A stretch of DNA of 55,630 nucleotides from Fidelibacterota bacterium (GCA_028338895.1 JAOLAV010000004.1:1-55630); one strand, 5' to 3'. Shown: positions 40,948 through 52,260, numbered from the stretch's first letter. The notes: a model not told the origin generated them from the sequence alone. Translations and numbers: made by a program.

Positions 40948-42149
40948 TGACCAAATTTGCAAATAGAGTTCATAAAGTAAAACCATCTTTTACGCTGCAA
41001 ATGGCTACAATTGCAGCCGAGATGAAGTCCAAGGGACTAGATGTCATAAACTTTTCAGTTGGAGAGCCTGATTTTAACACACCCTTAAAAATCATAGAAG
41101 CTGGAAAGAAAGCAATGGATGATGGTTTTACCAAATATACTGCTGGTCCAGGGATGGTAGAATTAAGGCAAGCTATTTGTACTAAGCTTAAAAGAGAGAA
41201 TGGTCTCTCTTATGAGCCAGCTGATATCCTTGTTTCAAACGGTGAAAAGCAAAGCCTTTACAACGTTTGCCAAGCATTATTTGACGAAGGTGATGAAGTT
41301 GTTATTTTTCGACCTTATTGGGTTTCATTTCCAGAATTTGTTCGTCTTTCTGATGCAGAGCCAATTTTAGTTGACACATTACCAGAAAAAAACTTTGAGC
41401 CGGATTTTAATGATTTGAAATCTAAAATAAACTCTAAAATTAAAGGAGTAATTCTTAATTCTCCTTCAAATCCAACGGGAGGTGTTTGGAGTAAAGAGGC
41501 TATTCTTAAATTACTTAAAACTGCAAAAGAGAATAATTGGGTAGTTATTTCAGATGAGTGTTATGAGCGACTCGTCTACGATGGTGAATTTATTAGCACT
41601 GAAAAGTTAAATCGAGATTATAATATCCAAGCAGATGTTGTCACATGTATAAGCTTATCAAAAACATATGCAATGACAGGTTGGAGGATTGGATATGCTG
41701 CAGGTCCCCGAGAAATAATTAAAGCAATGTCAAAAATTCAAGGCCAGGCAACTTCGTGCGCAAATTCAATTGGGCAAAAAGCAGCAATTGAAGCTCTCTT
41801 AGGAGATCAAAGCTGTGTGGAAGAAATGAAAGAGGCATTTAAAGAAAGACGAGACTTAGTTGTAGCCTTATTAAATGATATTCCAAATATATCTTGTCGT
41901 GTACCTGGAGGTGCATTTTATGCTTTTCCTGACTTTAGTTATTATTTGGGAATGTCTGCGAGCGGTAAGTTATTGAAAGATACTTTTGATATTTCTGAGT
42001 ATATTCTAAGCTCAGCTGAAGTAGTAACTGTTCCAGGAGATGGCTTTGGAGCTCCTGGGCATATTAGGTTCTCTTATGCTACTAGTACTGAAATAATTAG
42101 AAAAGGTATAAAGCGGGTAAAACTTGTTTTGAAAAATTTAAATAGTTAG
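40947..42149 (+). CDS. aspC: PLP-dependent aspartate aminotransferase (class I/II)
   Basis: GEPDF, NSPSNPTG, SDECY, SLSKTYAMTGWRIGY. Confidence 0.92.
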   Translation: MTKFANRVHKVKPSFTLQMATIAAEMKSKGLDVINFSVGEPDFNTPLKIIEAGKKAMDDGFTKYTAGPGMVELRQAICTKLKRENGLSYEPADILVSNGEKQSLYNVCQALFDEGDEVVIFRPYWVSFPEFVRLSDAEPILVDTLPEKNFEPDFNDLKSKINSKIKGVILNSPSNPTGGVWSKEAILKLLKTAKENNWVVISDECYERLVYDGEFISTEKLNRDYNIQADVVTCISLSKTYAMTGWRIGYAAGPREIIKAMSKIQGQATSCANSIGQKAAIEALLGDQSCVEEMKEAFKERRDLVVALLNDIPNISCRVPGGAFYAFPDFSYYLGMSASGKLLKDTFDISEYILSSAEVVTVPGDGFGAPGHIRFSYATSTEIIRKGIKRVKLVLKNLNS

Positions 42150-42158
42150 AGGTAAATA

Positions 42159-42407
42159 ATGAAAAAAGATGTACATCCAAAAAATTATAGATTAGTTGTT
42201 TTTAAAGATACTTCATGTGAACATACTTTTTTGACTCGATCCACTGTTGAGACAAAAGATACTATTAATTGGGATGATGGTAATGAATATCCATTATATA
42301 AAATTGAAATTTCTAATAAATCACATCCATTTTTTACAGGGAAGCAAAATCTTGTTGATACTGCAGGTCGTATAGAAAAATTTAATAGAAAATACGGTAA
42401 AAAATAA
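42159..42407 (+). CDS. rpmE2: 50S ribosomal protein L31 type B
   Basis: [17 protein letters not shown]...SHPFFTGKQ...GRIEKF; no Cys4 motif. Confidence 0.96.
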   Translation: MKKDVHPKNYRLVVFKDTSCEHTFLTRSTVETKDTINWDDGNEYPLYKIEISNKSHPFFTGKQNLVDTAGRIEKFNRKYGKK

Positions 42408-42424
42408 GCTTACTTATCTTTTAA

Positions 42425-42466
42425 CAGCTCTTTATAAGATCAATGCATAAAGAGCTGAATTTTATT
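42425..42466 (+). terminator. Stem-loop after L31 (probable terminator)
   Basis: CAGCTCTTTAT...ATAAAGAGCTG 11-bp stem followed by AATTTTATT. Confidence 0.65.
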
Positions 42467-42531
42467 ATATAAATACACTAAATATTCTTTAACGAAAGAT
42501 AGATATTTAGTTCAGTCTCTGAGGTGATAGT

Positions 42532-43599
42532 TTGAAAGAAAAATTAATTGCTATAGTTGATAAATATAATCATTTAGCTGAACAAATGGCTGACCCTCAA
42601 ATTTTTGGAAATCAAGAAAAGCTCACTCCAATTGCTAAGGAACACAGCTCACTTAGTGATATTGTCTCAGTTGGTAAAAGATATATAAATATTTTAGATC
42701 AGATTGATGACGACAAAGAGATGATGGATGGAGAAGATCAAGAATTAAAACAAATAGCTGAAGAAGAAATAAGTGGCTTAGAAGATGAGCTAATTGAAAT
42801 AGAAAAAGATTTAAAAGTTTTATTGTTACCAAAAAATCCAAATGATAATAAAAATTTAATTTTAGAGATTCGTGCTGGAACTGGTGGTGATGAGGCGGCT
42901 CTTTTTGCCTCTGATCTGTTTCGGATTTATATGCGCTATTCTGAAAGAAAAAAATGGGTTTTCGAAGTTTTAGATACTTCACAAACTGGAATTGGAGGAC
43001 TAAAAGAAGCAACTATTTCAATAAAAGGTTCTGGAGCTTTTGGTTTATTAAAGTACGAGAGTGGAGTTCATAGAGTGCAGAGAGTACCAAAAACAGAAAC
43101 AAATGGTCGAGTGCATACATCTGCTGCAACAATTGCTATATTACCTGAAGCCGAAGATATTGATGTAAATATTAATGAAACTGACTTAAAGATTGATACC
43201 TACCGTGCAAGTGGAGCTGGGGGGCAACATGTAAATAAAACAGAATCTGCAATCCGAATAACACATTTGCCGACAGGTTTAGTTGTCACTTGCCAAGATC
43301 AATCATCTCAACATAAAAATCGTGCAGCAGCATTAAAAGTTCTCAAATCTCGATTACTAGCAGCTGAAGAAGAAAAAGCTGCTTCTAAAAGAGCCGCTGA
43401 ACGTAGGAGCCTCGTTTCAACAGGAGATAGGTCCGCAAAAATTAGAACTTATAATTTCCCGCAAGGTCGTGTAACAGACCATCGAATTAATTTTACATCT
43501 TACAGATTGAATGAAATACGCGATGGTGATATTTCCGAACTAATAGAAAAATTAAAAATAGCTGAACAGCAGGAGATAATGGCTGCTGATTTAGTATGA
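42532..43599 (+). CDS. prfA: Peptide chain release factor 1
   Basis: PKT specificity motif, GGQ; TTG start after GAGGTG. Confidence 0.98.
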   Translation: MKEKLIAIVDKYNHLAEQMADPQIFGNQEKLTPIAKEHSSLSDIVSVGKRYINILDQIDDDKEMMDGEDQELKQIAEEEISGLEDELIEIEKDLKVLLLPKNPNDNKNLILEIRAGTGGDEAALFASDLFRIYMRYSERKKWVFEVLDTSQTGIGGLKEATISIKGSGAFGLLKYESGVHRVQRVPKTETNGRVHTSAATIAILPEAEDIDVNINETDLKIDTYRASGAGGQHVNKTESAIRITHLPTGLVVTCQDQSSQHKNRAAALKVLKSRLLAAEEEKAASKRAAERRSLVSTGDRSAKIRTYNFPQGRVTDHRINFTSYRLNEIRDGDISELIEKLKIAEQQEIMAADLV

Positions 43600-43643
43600 T
43601 TTTAAATATTTTAATATAAAATTTTAAAAGAGCCTATATAAAA

Positions 43644-44495
43644 ATGCCAAAAATTTGGCGAATTATTGATATAGTTGAATGGGCTGAGATCTATTTTAAG
43701 GAAAAAGATTTTGATAATCCTAGACTAGAAATTGAGTGGCTTCTTTGTGCGCTTCTAGACTGTAATAGAATAGATATATACCTTCGATTTGAAGAGCCAC
43801 TTTCTAAAGAGCAACTTAAAAACTTAAAAACTTGGATAAGTAGAAGAATAAAAAAAGAGCCACTTCAATATATAACAGGTAGTTGTGATTTTTACGGAAG
43901 GGACTTTATTGTTAATTGTAATGTTCTCATACCAAGACCTGAAACAGAAAGACTCATTGATATAGCTTTGAATAAATTAGATAATTCAAGTGAGCTTAGA
44001 ATTCTAGAGGTTGGAACCGGTTCTGGTTGCATTGCTGTGACGCTAGGTCTAGAAATGCCGAATTCTTATATTTATGCAGTTGATATTTCTCCAAATGCAT
44101 TAGAGGTTGCAAATATAAATAAACAAAGACAAAAAGCAGAAAATGTTAACTTTTTAGAAATGGATATTTTAAAGTTTATACCAGATGAAACCTTTGATTG
44201 TCTTATTTCTAATCCTCCATATATTCCAAAAGAGGAATTAAAAGTTCTTATGAAAGATGTCAAAGATTATGAGCCTTTAATTGCACTAACAGATAATAGT
44301 GATGGCTTAATTTTTTATAAGAAGTTTGCTGATATTGCATCAAATATAATTAAACCGGGAGGTTATATTATTCTAGAAGTTGGTTTGAAAGATCATCCTA
44401 AATTAGTTTCCAGGCTGTTCTCAGAACTAGGCTATGAAACGCAATTAGAAAAGGATTTTAATGGCGATGATAGAGTGATCATTATAAAAGTATAA
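43644..44495 (+). CDS. prmC: Release factor glutamine methyltransferase
   Basis: LIPRPETE, GTGSGCIA, SNPPY; follows prfA. Confidence 0.97.
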   Translation: MPKIWRIIDIVEWAEIYFKEKDFDNPRLEIEWLLCALLDCNRIDIYLRFEEPLSKEQLKNLKTWISRRIKKEPLQYITGSCDFYGRDFIVNCNVLIPRPETERLIDIALNKLDNSSELRILEVGTGSGCIAVTLGLEMPNSYIYAVDISPNALEVANINKQRQKAENVNFLEMDILKFIPDETFDCLISNPPYIPKEELKVLMKDVKDYEPLIALTDNSDGLIFYKKFADIASNIIKPGGYIILEVGLKDHPKLVSRLFSELGYETQLEKDFNGDDRVIIIKV

Positions 44496-44505
44496 AAAGG
44501 AATTT

Positions 44506-45348
44506 ATGAATATTTTATTATCTCATATATTATTAATCAGGCCGCTAAATGTAATAATGAGTGGATTCTCAATCTTTATAGCATCAGAAGTAATTGAACA
44601 AGATTTAGATAAAAAATTAGTTCTTTTACTCTCTGTTATTGTTATGTTATTTACCAGTGGTGCAAATGCTTTGAATGACGCACTAGATCTTAAAATTGAT
44701 TTGATTAATAGGCCTTTAAGACCAATCCCATCAGGCAAAGTCAATATTAAGACTGCTTTTTTACTTTCATTCATTTTTTTTATTTTTGCGAGTCTTTTAT
44801 GTCTTCAATTAAACAAGAATGCTGAGTTTATTGGTATCTTTATTGCGATGCCTATAATGACTTTATATACTACTTATCTTAAGAATAAACCTCTGATTGG
44901 AAACTTCTCAGTTGCATTTATTCTTAGTTTATCTTTTATCTTTTGTGGAGCAGCATTCAATTCAATCAATCCTATGATTATTCCAACATTATTATGCTTT
45001 GGCTTATCCTTTTTAAGAGAACTGGTAAAAGACATGGCTGATATTGAAGGTGATAAATCTTCAGGTTTGTCTACTTTTCCAATTTATTCAGGATTTGAAA
45101 ATTCAATAAAGTTAGTAATTATAATTAGCTTTTTAATTGGATTAGGCTCTTTTATTCCATTTTTAAACAGTACCTATAATTTATGGTACTTATTTTTTTT
45201 AATTCTAGGAGTTGAGATTCCTATCTTGTTTATTGTATTTTTAATGCTTAAAAAACCAAGTATTAAATCAGCAGAAAAATCTGCGAAAGTTTTAAAGTTT
45301 AGCACCTTTATGGGTTTAATTGCTATTTATACAGGAACTATTTTATGA
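44506..45348 (+). CDS. UbiA family prenyltransferase, DGGGP-synthase-like
   Basis: LIRPLN, NDALDLKIDLINRPLRPIPSG, LKNKPLIGN, RELVKDMADIEGD. Confidence 0.85.
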   Translation: MNILLSHILLIRPLNVIMSGFSIFIASEVIEQDLDKKLVLLLSVIVMLFTSGANALNDALDLKIDLINRPLRPIPSGKVNIKTAFLLSFIFFIFASLLCLQLNKNAEFIGIFIAMPIMTLYTTYLKNKPLIGNFSVAFILSLSFIFCGAAFNSINPMIIPTLLCFGLSFLRELVKDMADIEGDKSSGLSTFPIYSGFENSIKLVIIISFLIGLGSFIPFLNSTYNLWYLFFLILGVEIPILFIVFLMLKKPSIKSAEKSAKVLKFSTFMGLIAIYTGTIL

Positions 45349-48300
45349 ATTCTGAATTTGTACATCTACATAATCATTCGGATTATAGCTTACTTGACGG
45401 GGCGCAACAAGTAAGTCAGCTTATTGAGACTATTAGTGATTTAAACATGGACTCAGTCGCTTTAACTGAGCACGGGAATATGTTTAGTGTCCTTCCATAT
45501 TATAAAGAGGCAAAAAAAGCAGGGATTAAGCCAATCATAGGTTGTGAAGTTTATGTTGCGGTTGGTAGTAGGTTTGACAAAAAAACAACGGCTGAACATG
45601 GTTGGGGAAATAACCATCTTGTTCTTTTAGTCCAAAATTATACAGGTTATAAAAATTTAATGAAGCTTGTGACAGCAGGTTATCTAGAAGGTTTTTATTA
45701 TAGACCTCGAATAGATATAGAACTTCTTCGAGAGTATAATGAAGGTTTAATATGTATGTCAGCATGTTTAAAAGGAGAGGTTCCTGAAAGAATGATCAAA
45801 GGTGATTATGAAGGAGCAAAAAAAGCCGCAATCACTTTCTCGGAAATTTTTCCTGGAAGATATTATTTAGAAATTCAAAATCATGGTATACCTGAAGAAT
45901 TAGAAAATCTTAAAAATATGAAAAAGCTTTCTGCTGAGTTGGGTATTCCACTTGTCTGTAGTAATGATGCACATTATTCAAGGAAAGAACATTGGGAAGC
46001 GCATGATATTCATATCTGTTTAGGCACCGGAAAAGAAAGAAGTGATCCAAATAGATTACGATATGCGACACCAGAGTTCTATTTTAAGTCTCAAGATGAA
46101 ATGTATAATTTGTTCAAAGATTTTCCAAATGCTATTGAGAATACACGTCTGATTGCAGATAGTATAGATATGAAAATTCCAATGGGTAAATATCACCTCC
46201 CAAATTTTCCAATACCAGAGATAGCCACCACGCAAGATCCTGATGAATATTTAAAAATATTAACAAAAGCTGGAGCTGAGTCTTTGTACGGAGAGATATC
46301 ACCAATAATTAACAAACGAATTAATCATGAGTTGACGGTGATTAAGAATATGGGATTTGCTGGATATTTTTTAATTACGGCTGATTTTGTAAAATATGCA
46401 AAAAATTCAAATATACCTGTTGGGCCTGGAAGAGGATCCGCTGCGGGTAGTATTGTTTCTTATGCTCTTGGGATTACTAGCATTGATCCACTAAAACATA
46501 ATTTATTATTTGAAAGGTTTTTAAATCCTGAACGTATAAGTATGCCTGATATTGATATTGATTTTTGTATTGAAAGACGAGGAGAAGTCATTGATTATAT
46601 CAAAAATCAGTATGGAGAAAAATCAGTTACTCAAATAATTACATTTGGTAAAATGAGGGCAAAGCAAGTAGTTAGAGATGTTGGCCGCGTGATGGGATAC
46701 TCTTTCGGAGAGGTTGATAAAATTGCAAAAGCTATACCGAATGAGCTAAATATTACTTTGGATAAAGCTCTGAAAAAGAGTTCCGAGCTTGCAAAAATGG
46801 AAACTGGTGATTTTAAGGAACTGATGTCGCATGCTAAAGTACTAGAGGGAATGAATAGACATGCTTCAATACACGCTGCTGGTGTTGTTATCGCTCCTGG
46901 AGATTTGACAGATTATGTTCCTCTCTATAAATCTTCAACTGATGATATCACAAGCCAATATGATATGAAAGGACTTGAAGAGATTGGTTTACTAAAATTG
47001 GATTTTCTTGGTTTAAGAAATCTTACTGTTATCGACAAAGCTGTTAAGCTTATTCAAGCTAAAGGTAAAACTATTGATATTGAAAAATTATCAATGCAAG
47101 ATGAAAGCGTATATGATTTATTTGCAAGAGGAAATACGATAGGTGTATTTCAATTTGAATCTTCTGGGATGCGTGAATTTTTAAAAAAATTAAAACCAAC
47201 AGTAATAGAAGACCTTATTGCTATGAATGCATTATATCGTCCCGGGCCAATGGAAAATATTGATAGTTTTATTTCTCGTAAACATGGTACAACCGAAATC
47301 TCATATCCTCATGCATTGATGGAGCCCATTTTACGTGAAACTTATGGTATTATAGTATATCAAGAGCAAGTCATGCAAATAGCAAATGAAGTTGCGGGAT
47401 TTACCTTAGCTGAAGCTGATATTATGAGAAGAGCAATGGGTAAAAAGATAAAATCTTTAATGGCTGAATTGGCAATAAAATTTGTTGCTGGAGCTGAAGA
47501 AAAAAACATCAAGAAAAAGAAAGCTGAAGAAATTTTTGCTTTAATTGAGAAATTCGCGCAGTATGGATTCAACAAAAGCCATTCAACGGCTTATGCCTAC
47601 GTTGCATATCAAACAGCATGGTTAAAAGTCCATTATCCTGCTGAATTTATGAGTGCGAACCTTACGAGTGAAATGAGTGTGATTGAACGCATAGTCATTT
47701 TAATTGCTGAGTGTAAAAAATTAGATATTAAAGTCATCCCGCCTGATATTAATATTTCTTATGAAGATTTTCGTCCAGTCGATAAAACGACGATTTCATA
47801 TGGATTAAATGCTATAAAGAATGTGGGCTCAAAAGCACTTGAAACTATTATTTTTGAAAGAGAAGAAAATGGGAAGTATGAATCCATATTTGATTTATGT
47901 GCCAGAGTTGATCAACAAAAAGTGAATAAAAGAGTTATAGAAAGTTTGGTTATGGCTGGTGCACTAGATTCCCTTGAAGGTAATCGAGCCCAAAAGTTTG
48001 CTGCTGTGGATACTGCTGTTAAATATGGCCAGCAAATGCAAAATGAAACAGACCGTAACCAAGTAGATTTATTTGGTAGCGCTGGGTTAGAAGATGATTT
48101 AATAAAGGTTCCATCTTTATCTGTAATCTCAGAATGGGTTGAAAAAGAAACATTGGATAAAGAAAAAGAGGTTTTAGGGACCTATGTCTCTGGGCACCCA
48201 TTATTAGAACATTCAGAGAATTTAGAAGAGTTTACATCTGTTTCTTTTGAAGAAGGTGAAGAATTGAATAAAAAAGATACAGTGGTTGTTGGAGGTATGA

Positions 48301-48779
48301 TAACTCGGATTGTTCGTCGTTTTGATCGTAGAAATAGAGAGATGGCATTTTTTGATATGGATTGCCTTGGAGGTCATGCTGAAATTATAGCATTTAGTGA
48401 TTGTTTTAAAGCGTATGGTAGTTTAATCGAAGAAGGTAGTGTGGTCTTCATAAAAGGCAAGCTCTCTGATAATTCAGACTTTTCAGATTTGAAATTAATA
48501 TCAGATGAAATAATTCCCGTTGATCAAGTAAGAAACCGACTTTCGCAACGGTTAAATATAAATTTTCCAACGGGGAAAGTAGAGCCAGAAGATGTTGAGG
48601 AATTAATGCGTATAGCAAGAAGCTATGAAGGAAACTGTCGCTTAATATTCCATTTACCAAATCAAGGCTCACCCAAACCTCTTAAAATTATGGCGCATAA
48701 TATTTCAGTTTCAACAGAGAGCTCTTTTGTTAAAATATTAAGACAAAAATATGGAAAAGAGAATATTTGGGTTGATTGA
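45345..48779 (+). CDS. dnaE: DNA polymerase III alpha subunit
   Basis: PHP HLHNHSDYSLLDG, GPGRGSAAGS, MPDIDIDF, YGFNKSH; no intein. Confidence 0.99.
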   Translation: MNSEFVHLHNHSDYSLLDGAQQVSQLIETISDLNMDSVALTEHGNMFSVLPYYKEAKKAGIKPIIGCEVYVAVGSRFDKKTTAEHGWGNNHLVLLVQNYTGYKNLMKLVTAGYLEGFYYRPRIDIELLREYNEGLICMSACLKGEVPERMIKGDYEGAKKAAITFSEIFPGRYYLEIQNHGIPEELENLKNMKKLSAELGIPLVCSNDAHYSRKEHWEAHDIHICLGTGKERSDPNRLRYATPEFYFKSQDEMYNLFKDFPNAIENTRLIADSIDMKIPMGKYHLPNFPIPEIATTQDPDEYLKILTKAGAESLYGEISPIINKRINHELTVIKNMGFAGYFLITADFVKYAKNSNIPVGPGRGSAAGSIVSYALGITSIDPLKHNLLFERFLNPERISMPDIDIDFCIERRGEVIDYIKNQYGEKSVTQIITFGKMRAKQVVRDVGRVMGYSFGEVDKIAKAIPNELNITLDKALKKSSELAKMETGDFKELMSHAKVLEGMNRHASIHAAGVVIAPGDLTDYVPLYKSSTDDITSQYDMKGLEEIGLLKLDFLGLRNLTVIDKAVKLIQAKGKTIDIEKLSMQDESVYDLFARGNTIGVFQFESSGMREFLKKLKPTVIEDLIAMNALYRPGPMENIDSFISRKHGTTEISYPHALMEPILRETYGIIVYQEQVMQIANEVAGFTLAEADIMRRAMGKKIKSLMAELAIKFVAGAEEKNIKKKKAEEIFALIEKFAQYGFNKSHSTAYAYVAYQTAWLKVHYPAEFMSANLTSEMSVIERIVILIAECKKLDIKVIPPDINISYEDFRPVDKTTISYGLNAIKNVGSKALETIIFEREENGKYESIFDLCARVDQQKVNKRVIESLVMAGALDSLEGNRAQKFAAVDTAVKYGQQMQNETDRNQVDLFGSAGLEDDLIKVPSLSVISEWVEKETLDKEKEVLGTYVSGHPLLEHSENLEEFTSVSFEEGEELNKKDTVVVGGMITRIVRRFDRRNREMAFFDMDCLGGHAEIIAFSDCFKAYGSLIEEGSVVFIKGKLSDNSDFSDLKLISDEIIPVDQVRNRLSQRLNINFPTGKVEPEDVEELMRIARSYEGNCRLIFHLPNQGSPKPLKIMAHNISVSTESSFVKILRQKYGKENIWVD

Positions 48780-48782
48780 AAA

Positions 48783-49220
48783 ATGATATCTGTCCTTCAA
48801 AGATGCCATAATGCAAAAGTTACTATTGATAATCAAATTATTGGTAAGATTGGGAAAGGTTTAGTTTCTTTTTTAGGTATTCAAAAAAATGATGATAAAA
48901 AAAAAGCTGATATTTTAATAGAAAAGACATTAAACCTTCGAATTTTTAATGATTCAAACCAAAAAATGAACTTATGTATTAAAGATGTAAATGCTTCAAT
49001 ACTCGTTGTAAGTCAATTCACATTATGCGCTGATACAAAAAAAGGAAGAAGACCAAGTTTTTTGAATGCTGCGAATCCTGAAGATGCTAATATTTTATAC
49101 CAGTATTTTATTAATTGCCTAAAAAACCATGGATTTCAGGTAGAATCTGGGACTTTTGGAGCAACAATGGATGTCCAATTAATTAATAATGGTCCTGCCA
49201 CGTTTATTCTTAATTCTTGA
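48783..49220 (+). CDS. dtd: D-aminoacyl-tRNA deacylase
   Basis: SQFTL, GRRPSF, NNGPAT. Confidence 0.96.
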   Translation: MISVLQRCHNAKVTIDNQIIGKIGKGLVSFLGIQKNDDKKKADILIEKTLNLRIFNDSNQKMNLCIKDVNASILVVSQFTLCADTKKGRRPSFLNAANPEDANILYQYFINCLKNHGFQVESGTFGATMDVQLINNGPATFILNS

Positions 49221-49274
49221 TGCTAATTAAACTTAATTATGAAGTATTGAGCGAAGCTATTAGTTTTAGGCTAT

Positions 49275-49679
49275 ATGGAACGTAAAATAAGAATTGTTAT
49301 GGGTAAGCCTGGTCTTGATGGTCATGATAGAGGAATAAAAGTCCTCGCTTCATCTTACCGTGATGCTGGGATGGAAGTAATTTACCTTGGTCTAAGGCAG
49401 ACACCAGAAATGATAGTTCATGCGGCTTTGCAAGAGGATGCCGATGTCATTGCTTTATCTAGTCTAAATAATGCTCATAATACTATTTTTACAAATGTTT
49501 TATCTCTAATGAAAGAAAAAGGTTTAAATGATGTTCTATTAGTTGGAGGGGGTATAATTCCCAAAAAAGATATCGCTAGATTGGAAAAAGATGGAGTTGG
49601 GAAACTTTTTGGCCCAGGAACACCAGTACAAGATACAGTTGATTTTATTACTGATTGGGTAAATACAAATAGACGTTAA
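49275..49679 (+). CDS. Cobalamin-binding subunit of a split methylmalonyl-CoA mutase-family enzyme
   Basis: [10 protein letters not shown] (DxHxxG), GGGIIP, FGPGT. Confidence 0.93.
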   Translation: MERKIRIVMGKPGLDGHDRGIKVLASSYRDAGMEVIYLGLRQTPEMIVHAALQEDADVIALSSLNNAHNTIFTNVLSLMKEKGLNDVLLVGGGIIPKKDIARLEKDGVGKLFGPGTPVQDTVDFITDWVNTNRR

Positions 49680-49680
49680 T

Positions 49681-50379
49681 ATGGATTTAAATAATCAAAT
49701 TGAACTAGAACTATATTTTGCCGATCATTTTGATACTGTTCTTTTTCCAGTCTTGGCAGATATTTATCTTCAAAAAAACGATTTAAAACGAGCTCGTAAA
49801 GTTTGTGAGATCGGGTTAAAACATCATAAAAATGATTCAGCGGGATTATTTCTTCTTGCCCAAATTAATAATATTGAGGGAAATTATAAGGAAGCTGAAA
49901 AGCTTTTAGAAAGTGTATTGATGTATTCAGAAGGACATTTAGCAGCGGCAGAAATGTTATGTGAAATCCAAACCGTTCTAGGACGTGCATCAGGTAGACT
50001 TTTAAAATCATGGAAAATTGTACTATCGTTGAGTCCCCAACATAATACGGCAAAAAGTTTTATTGCTAAAGTACAAGATCCTGAGATTGAAAAACAACCT
50101 TCAGTAAATAAAAAAACGCCTAAAAAACCGTTAGTTGATGAACCACCTCCTAAAGAAAAGTCTATTATACGAAAAATTGAGGATGAAATAAGTGAGCCTT
50201 TAAAAGTTAGTTCAAGATTGGCTACTTTTACTTTAGTTTCTGTTTTAAAAAATCAAGGCTTATTTGATCAGGCCCTTAATGTTTTGGATGCCCTGGAAGA
50301 AAAAGGTGAAAACCTTAATTCTATCTCTTTAGAGCGTGAAACGATTCAAACTCTTATAAAAAATTCACAAAAGGATTAA
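49681..50379 (+). CDS. TPR-containing hypothetical protein
   Basis: N-terminal TPR-like helices, Pro/Lys linker, C-terminal ATFTLVSVLKNQGLFDQA repeat. Confidence 0.7.
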   Translation: MDLNNQIELELYFADHFDTVLFPVLADIYLQKNDLKRARKVCEIGLKHHKNDSAGLFLLAQINNIEGNYKEAEKLLESVLMYSEGHLAAAEMLCEIQTVLGRASGRLLKSWKIVLSLSPQHNTAKSFIAKVQDPEIEKQPSVNKKTPKKPLVDEPPPKEKSIIRKIEDEISEPLKVSSRLATFTLVSVLKNQGLFDQALNVLDALEEKGENLNSISLERETIQTLIKNSQKD

Positions 50380-50386
50380 AATAAAA

Positions 50387-51469
50387 ATGAATGAGTCAAT
50401 TTATATAAAAAGACAAAATGCCCTCAAGTCAGTTTTAAGTGAAAAAGGTTTAGATGGTATTTTAATTACAAACCTAACAAATATTCGGTATATCTGTGGT
50501 TTTACAGGTTCTGCTGCATCTTGTTTAGTGACTCCTGAAGGTCAATATTTCTTATCTGATGGAAGGTATATAGAACAATCGAAAGAGCAAGTTAAAGGCT
50601 TTGATCGATTTTTAGATATGTCTTCACACCTTCACCAAGTTAAAAAAAATAATCTAAATCCAAATGGTTTAAAGTTGGCATTTGAAGGTAGTCATATGAG
50701 CTATTCTAAATACGAAGATATGATTAAACTATTTCCAAAAACCAAATGGGAAAGTTCTTCAATGATTCTTGAAGATCTTGCGGCAGTAAAAGATAAATAT
50801 GAATTAGATTGTATACGTACCGCTGTTGAAGTAACGGATGTGGTTTATGAAGAAATATTATATATGCTGAAGCCGGGATATACAGAAAAACAGGTTGCAA
50901 ATAAAATGGTCTCAAAATATAGAGAATATGCAGAAGGAGAAGCTTACTCTCCGATTGTTGCAACAGGGCCTAATGGTGCGCTTCCTCATGCAATACCTAC
51001 TGATAGAGAATTCAAAAAAGGTGATTTTATTGTGATTGATGCTGCCGCAAAATATGGAGGCTATCATGCTGATATGACTCGCACACCTGTAGTTGGTGAA
51101 TCGTCAGAAAAACATAAAGAAATTTATGGAATTGTTAAAGAAGCTCAACAAAGAGGTTGTGACTCTGCTAAATCAGGAGTCCCTTGTAAAGATGTTGATT
51201 CTGCAACTCGTGATTATATTAGCGAAATGGGATATGGTGAGTTTTATACACATGGTACCGGACATGGTTTAGGTCTAGAGATACATACTTCTCCAAGATT
51301 TAGTCCACAAAGCGATCAGATTTTAGAAAAAAATAACGTTATGACAATTGAGCCTGGAATTTATCTCGCTGGTTGGGGTGGCGTTCGTATTGAAGATGAT
51401 GTCATTATTGGAGATACTGGTTGTGAAATATTAAATAAGACAACCAAAGATTTAGTCGTTGTAAATTAG
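50387..51469 (+). CDS. Xaa-Pro aminopeptidase (M24B)
   Basis: YHADMTRT, HGTGHGLGLEIH, TIEPGIY, GVRIEDD. Confidence 0.95.
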   Translation: MNESIYIKRQNALKSVLSEKGLDGILITNLTNIRYICGFTGSAASCLVTPEGQYFLSDGRYIEQSKEQVKGFDRFLDMSSHLHQVKKNNLNPNGLKLAFEGSHMSYSKYEDMIKLFPKTKWESSSMILEDLAAVKDKYELDCIRTAVEVTDVVYEEILYMLKPGYTEKQVANKMVSKYREYAEGEAYSPIVATGPNGALPHAIPTDREFKKGDFIVIDAAAKYGGYHADMTRTPVVGESSEKHKEIYGIVKEAQQRGCDSAKSGVPCKDVDSATRDYISEMGYGEFYTHGTGHGLGLEIHTSPRFSPQSDQILEKNNVMTIEPGIYLAGWGGVRIEDDVIIGDTGCEILNKTTKDLVVVN

Positions 51470-51492
51470 AATTCTTTTCTTAAATCCATTCA

Positions 51493-52227
51493 GTGATTGA
51501 TTTATATACTAAACCTGAACTCTATGATGCTATTCATTCTAATTATATGTGGGATGAAAAGATTATTTCAAAAATTGGTAAAAGAGTAGGAGGACCTGTT
51601 TTAGAAATTGCATCTGGTACTGGAAGGTTATCAAATGTGATTATAAAGTTAGGTTTGGAGTACACGGGAATAGACCTAAGTAAAGAATATACAAAAACTG
51701 CAAAGATGCGTTATGGTAATCAAGGTGCTTTTTTTGTGCAAAACATGCAAAAATTTGACTTAGGTACTCAGTTTAAATTTATTTTTATTGGATTTAATTC
51801 TTTTTTACACAATTTGAGCAATGAATCTGCTTTAGATTGCCTTAAATGTATTTATCAGCATTTATCAAATAATGGGACTTTTCTATTATCCATTTATATA
51901 CCAGATCCTTCTTTTTTATATAGAGATCCAAATAATTTATATGCTGCTACGGATTATTTTAACTTTAAAGATTCTAAATGTAGAATAATGGAAAAAAATT
52001 TATTTAATCCAGAAACAGAAATAAATAATTTAAAGTGGTTTTTAGAGGTGGATGGAGTTTTACAGGAAGAAGAGTATAATTTTAGCCAAAAAATGTATTA
52101 TCCTCATGTAATGGATTTATTATTTGAGAAAGCAGGTTTAGTAATAAAAGAGAAATTAGGTGATTATGATAGTTCACCTATGGATCAAGAAAGTAACATG
52201 CAAATTTATATCTGTGGGAAAAGTTGA
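51493..52227 (+). CDS. Class I SAM-dependent methyltransferase
   Basis: VLEIASGTGR, GIDLS, FNSFLH. Confidence 0.9.
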   Translation: MIDLYTKPELYDAIHSNYMWDEKIISKIGKRVGGPVLEIASGTGRLSNVIIKLGLEYTGIDLSKEYTKTAKMRYGNQGAFFVQNMQKFDLGTQFKFIFIGFNSFLHNLSNESALDCLKCIYQHLSNNGTFLLSIYIPDPSFLYRDPNNLYAATDYFNFKDSKCRIMEKNLFNPETEINNLKWFLEVDGVLQEEEYNFSQKMYYPHVMDLLFEKAGLVIKEKLGDYDSSPMDQESNMQIYICGKS

Positions 52228-52260
52228 TGCCGCGAATTCAAAAGAGAAGAAGCTACGCCT

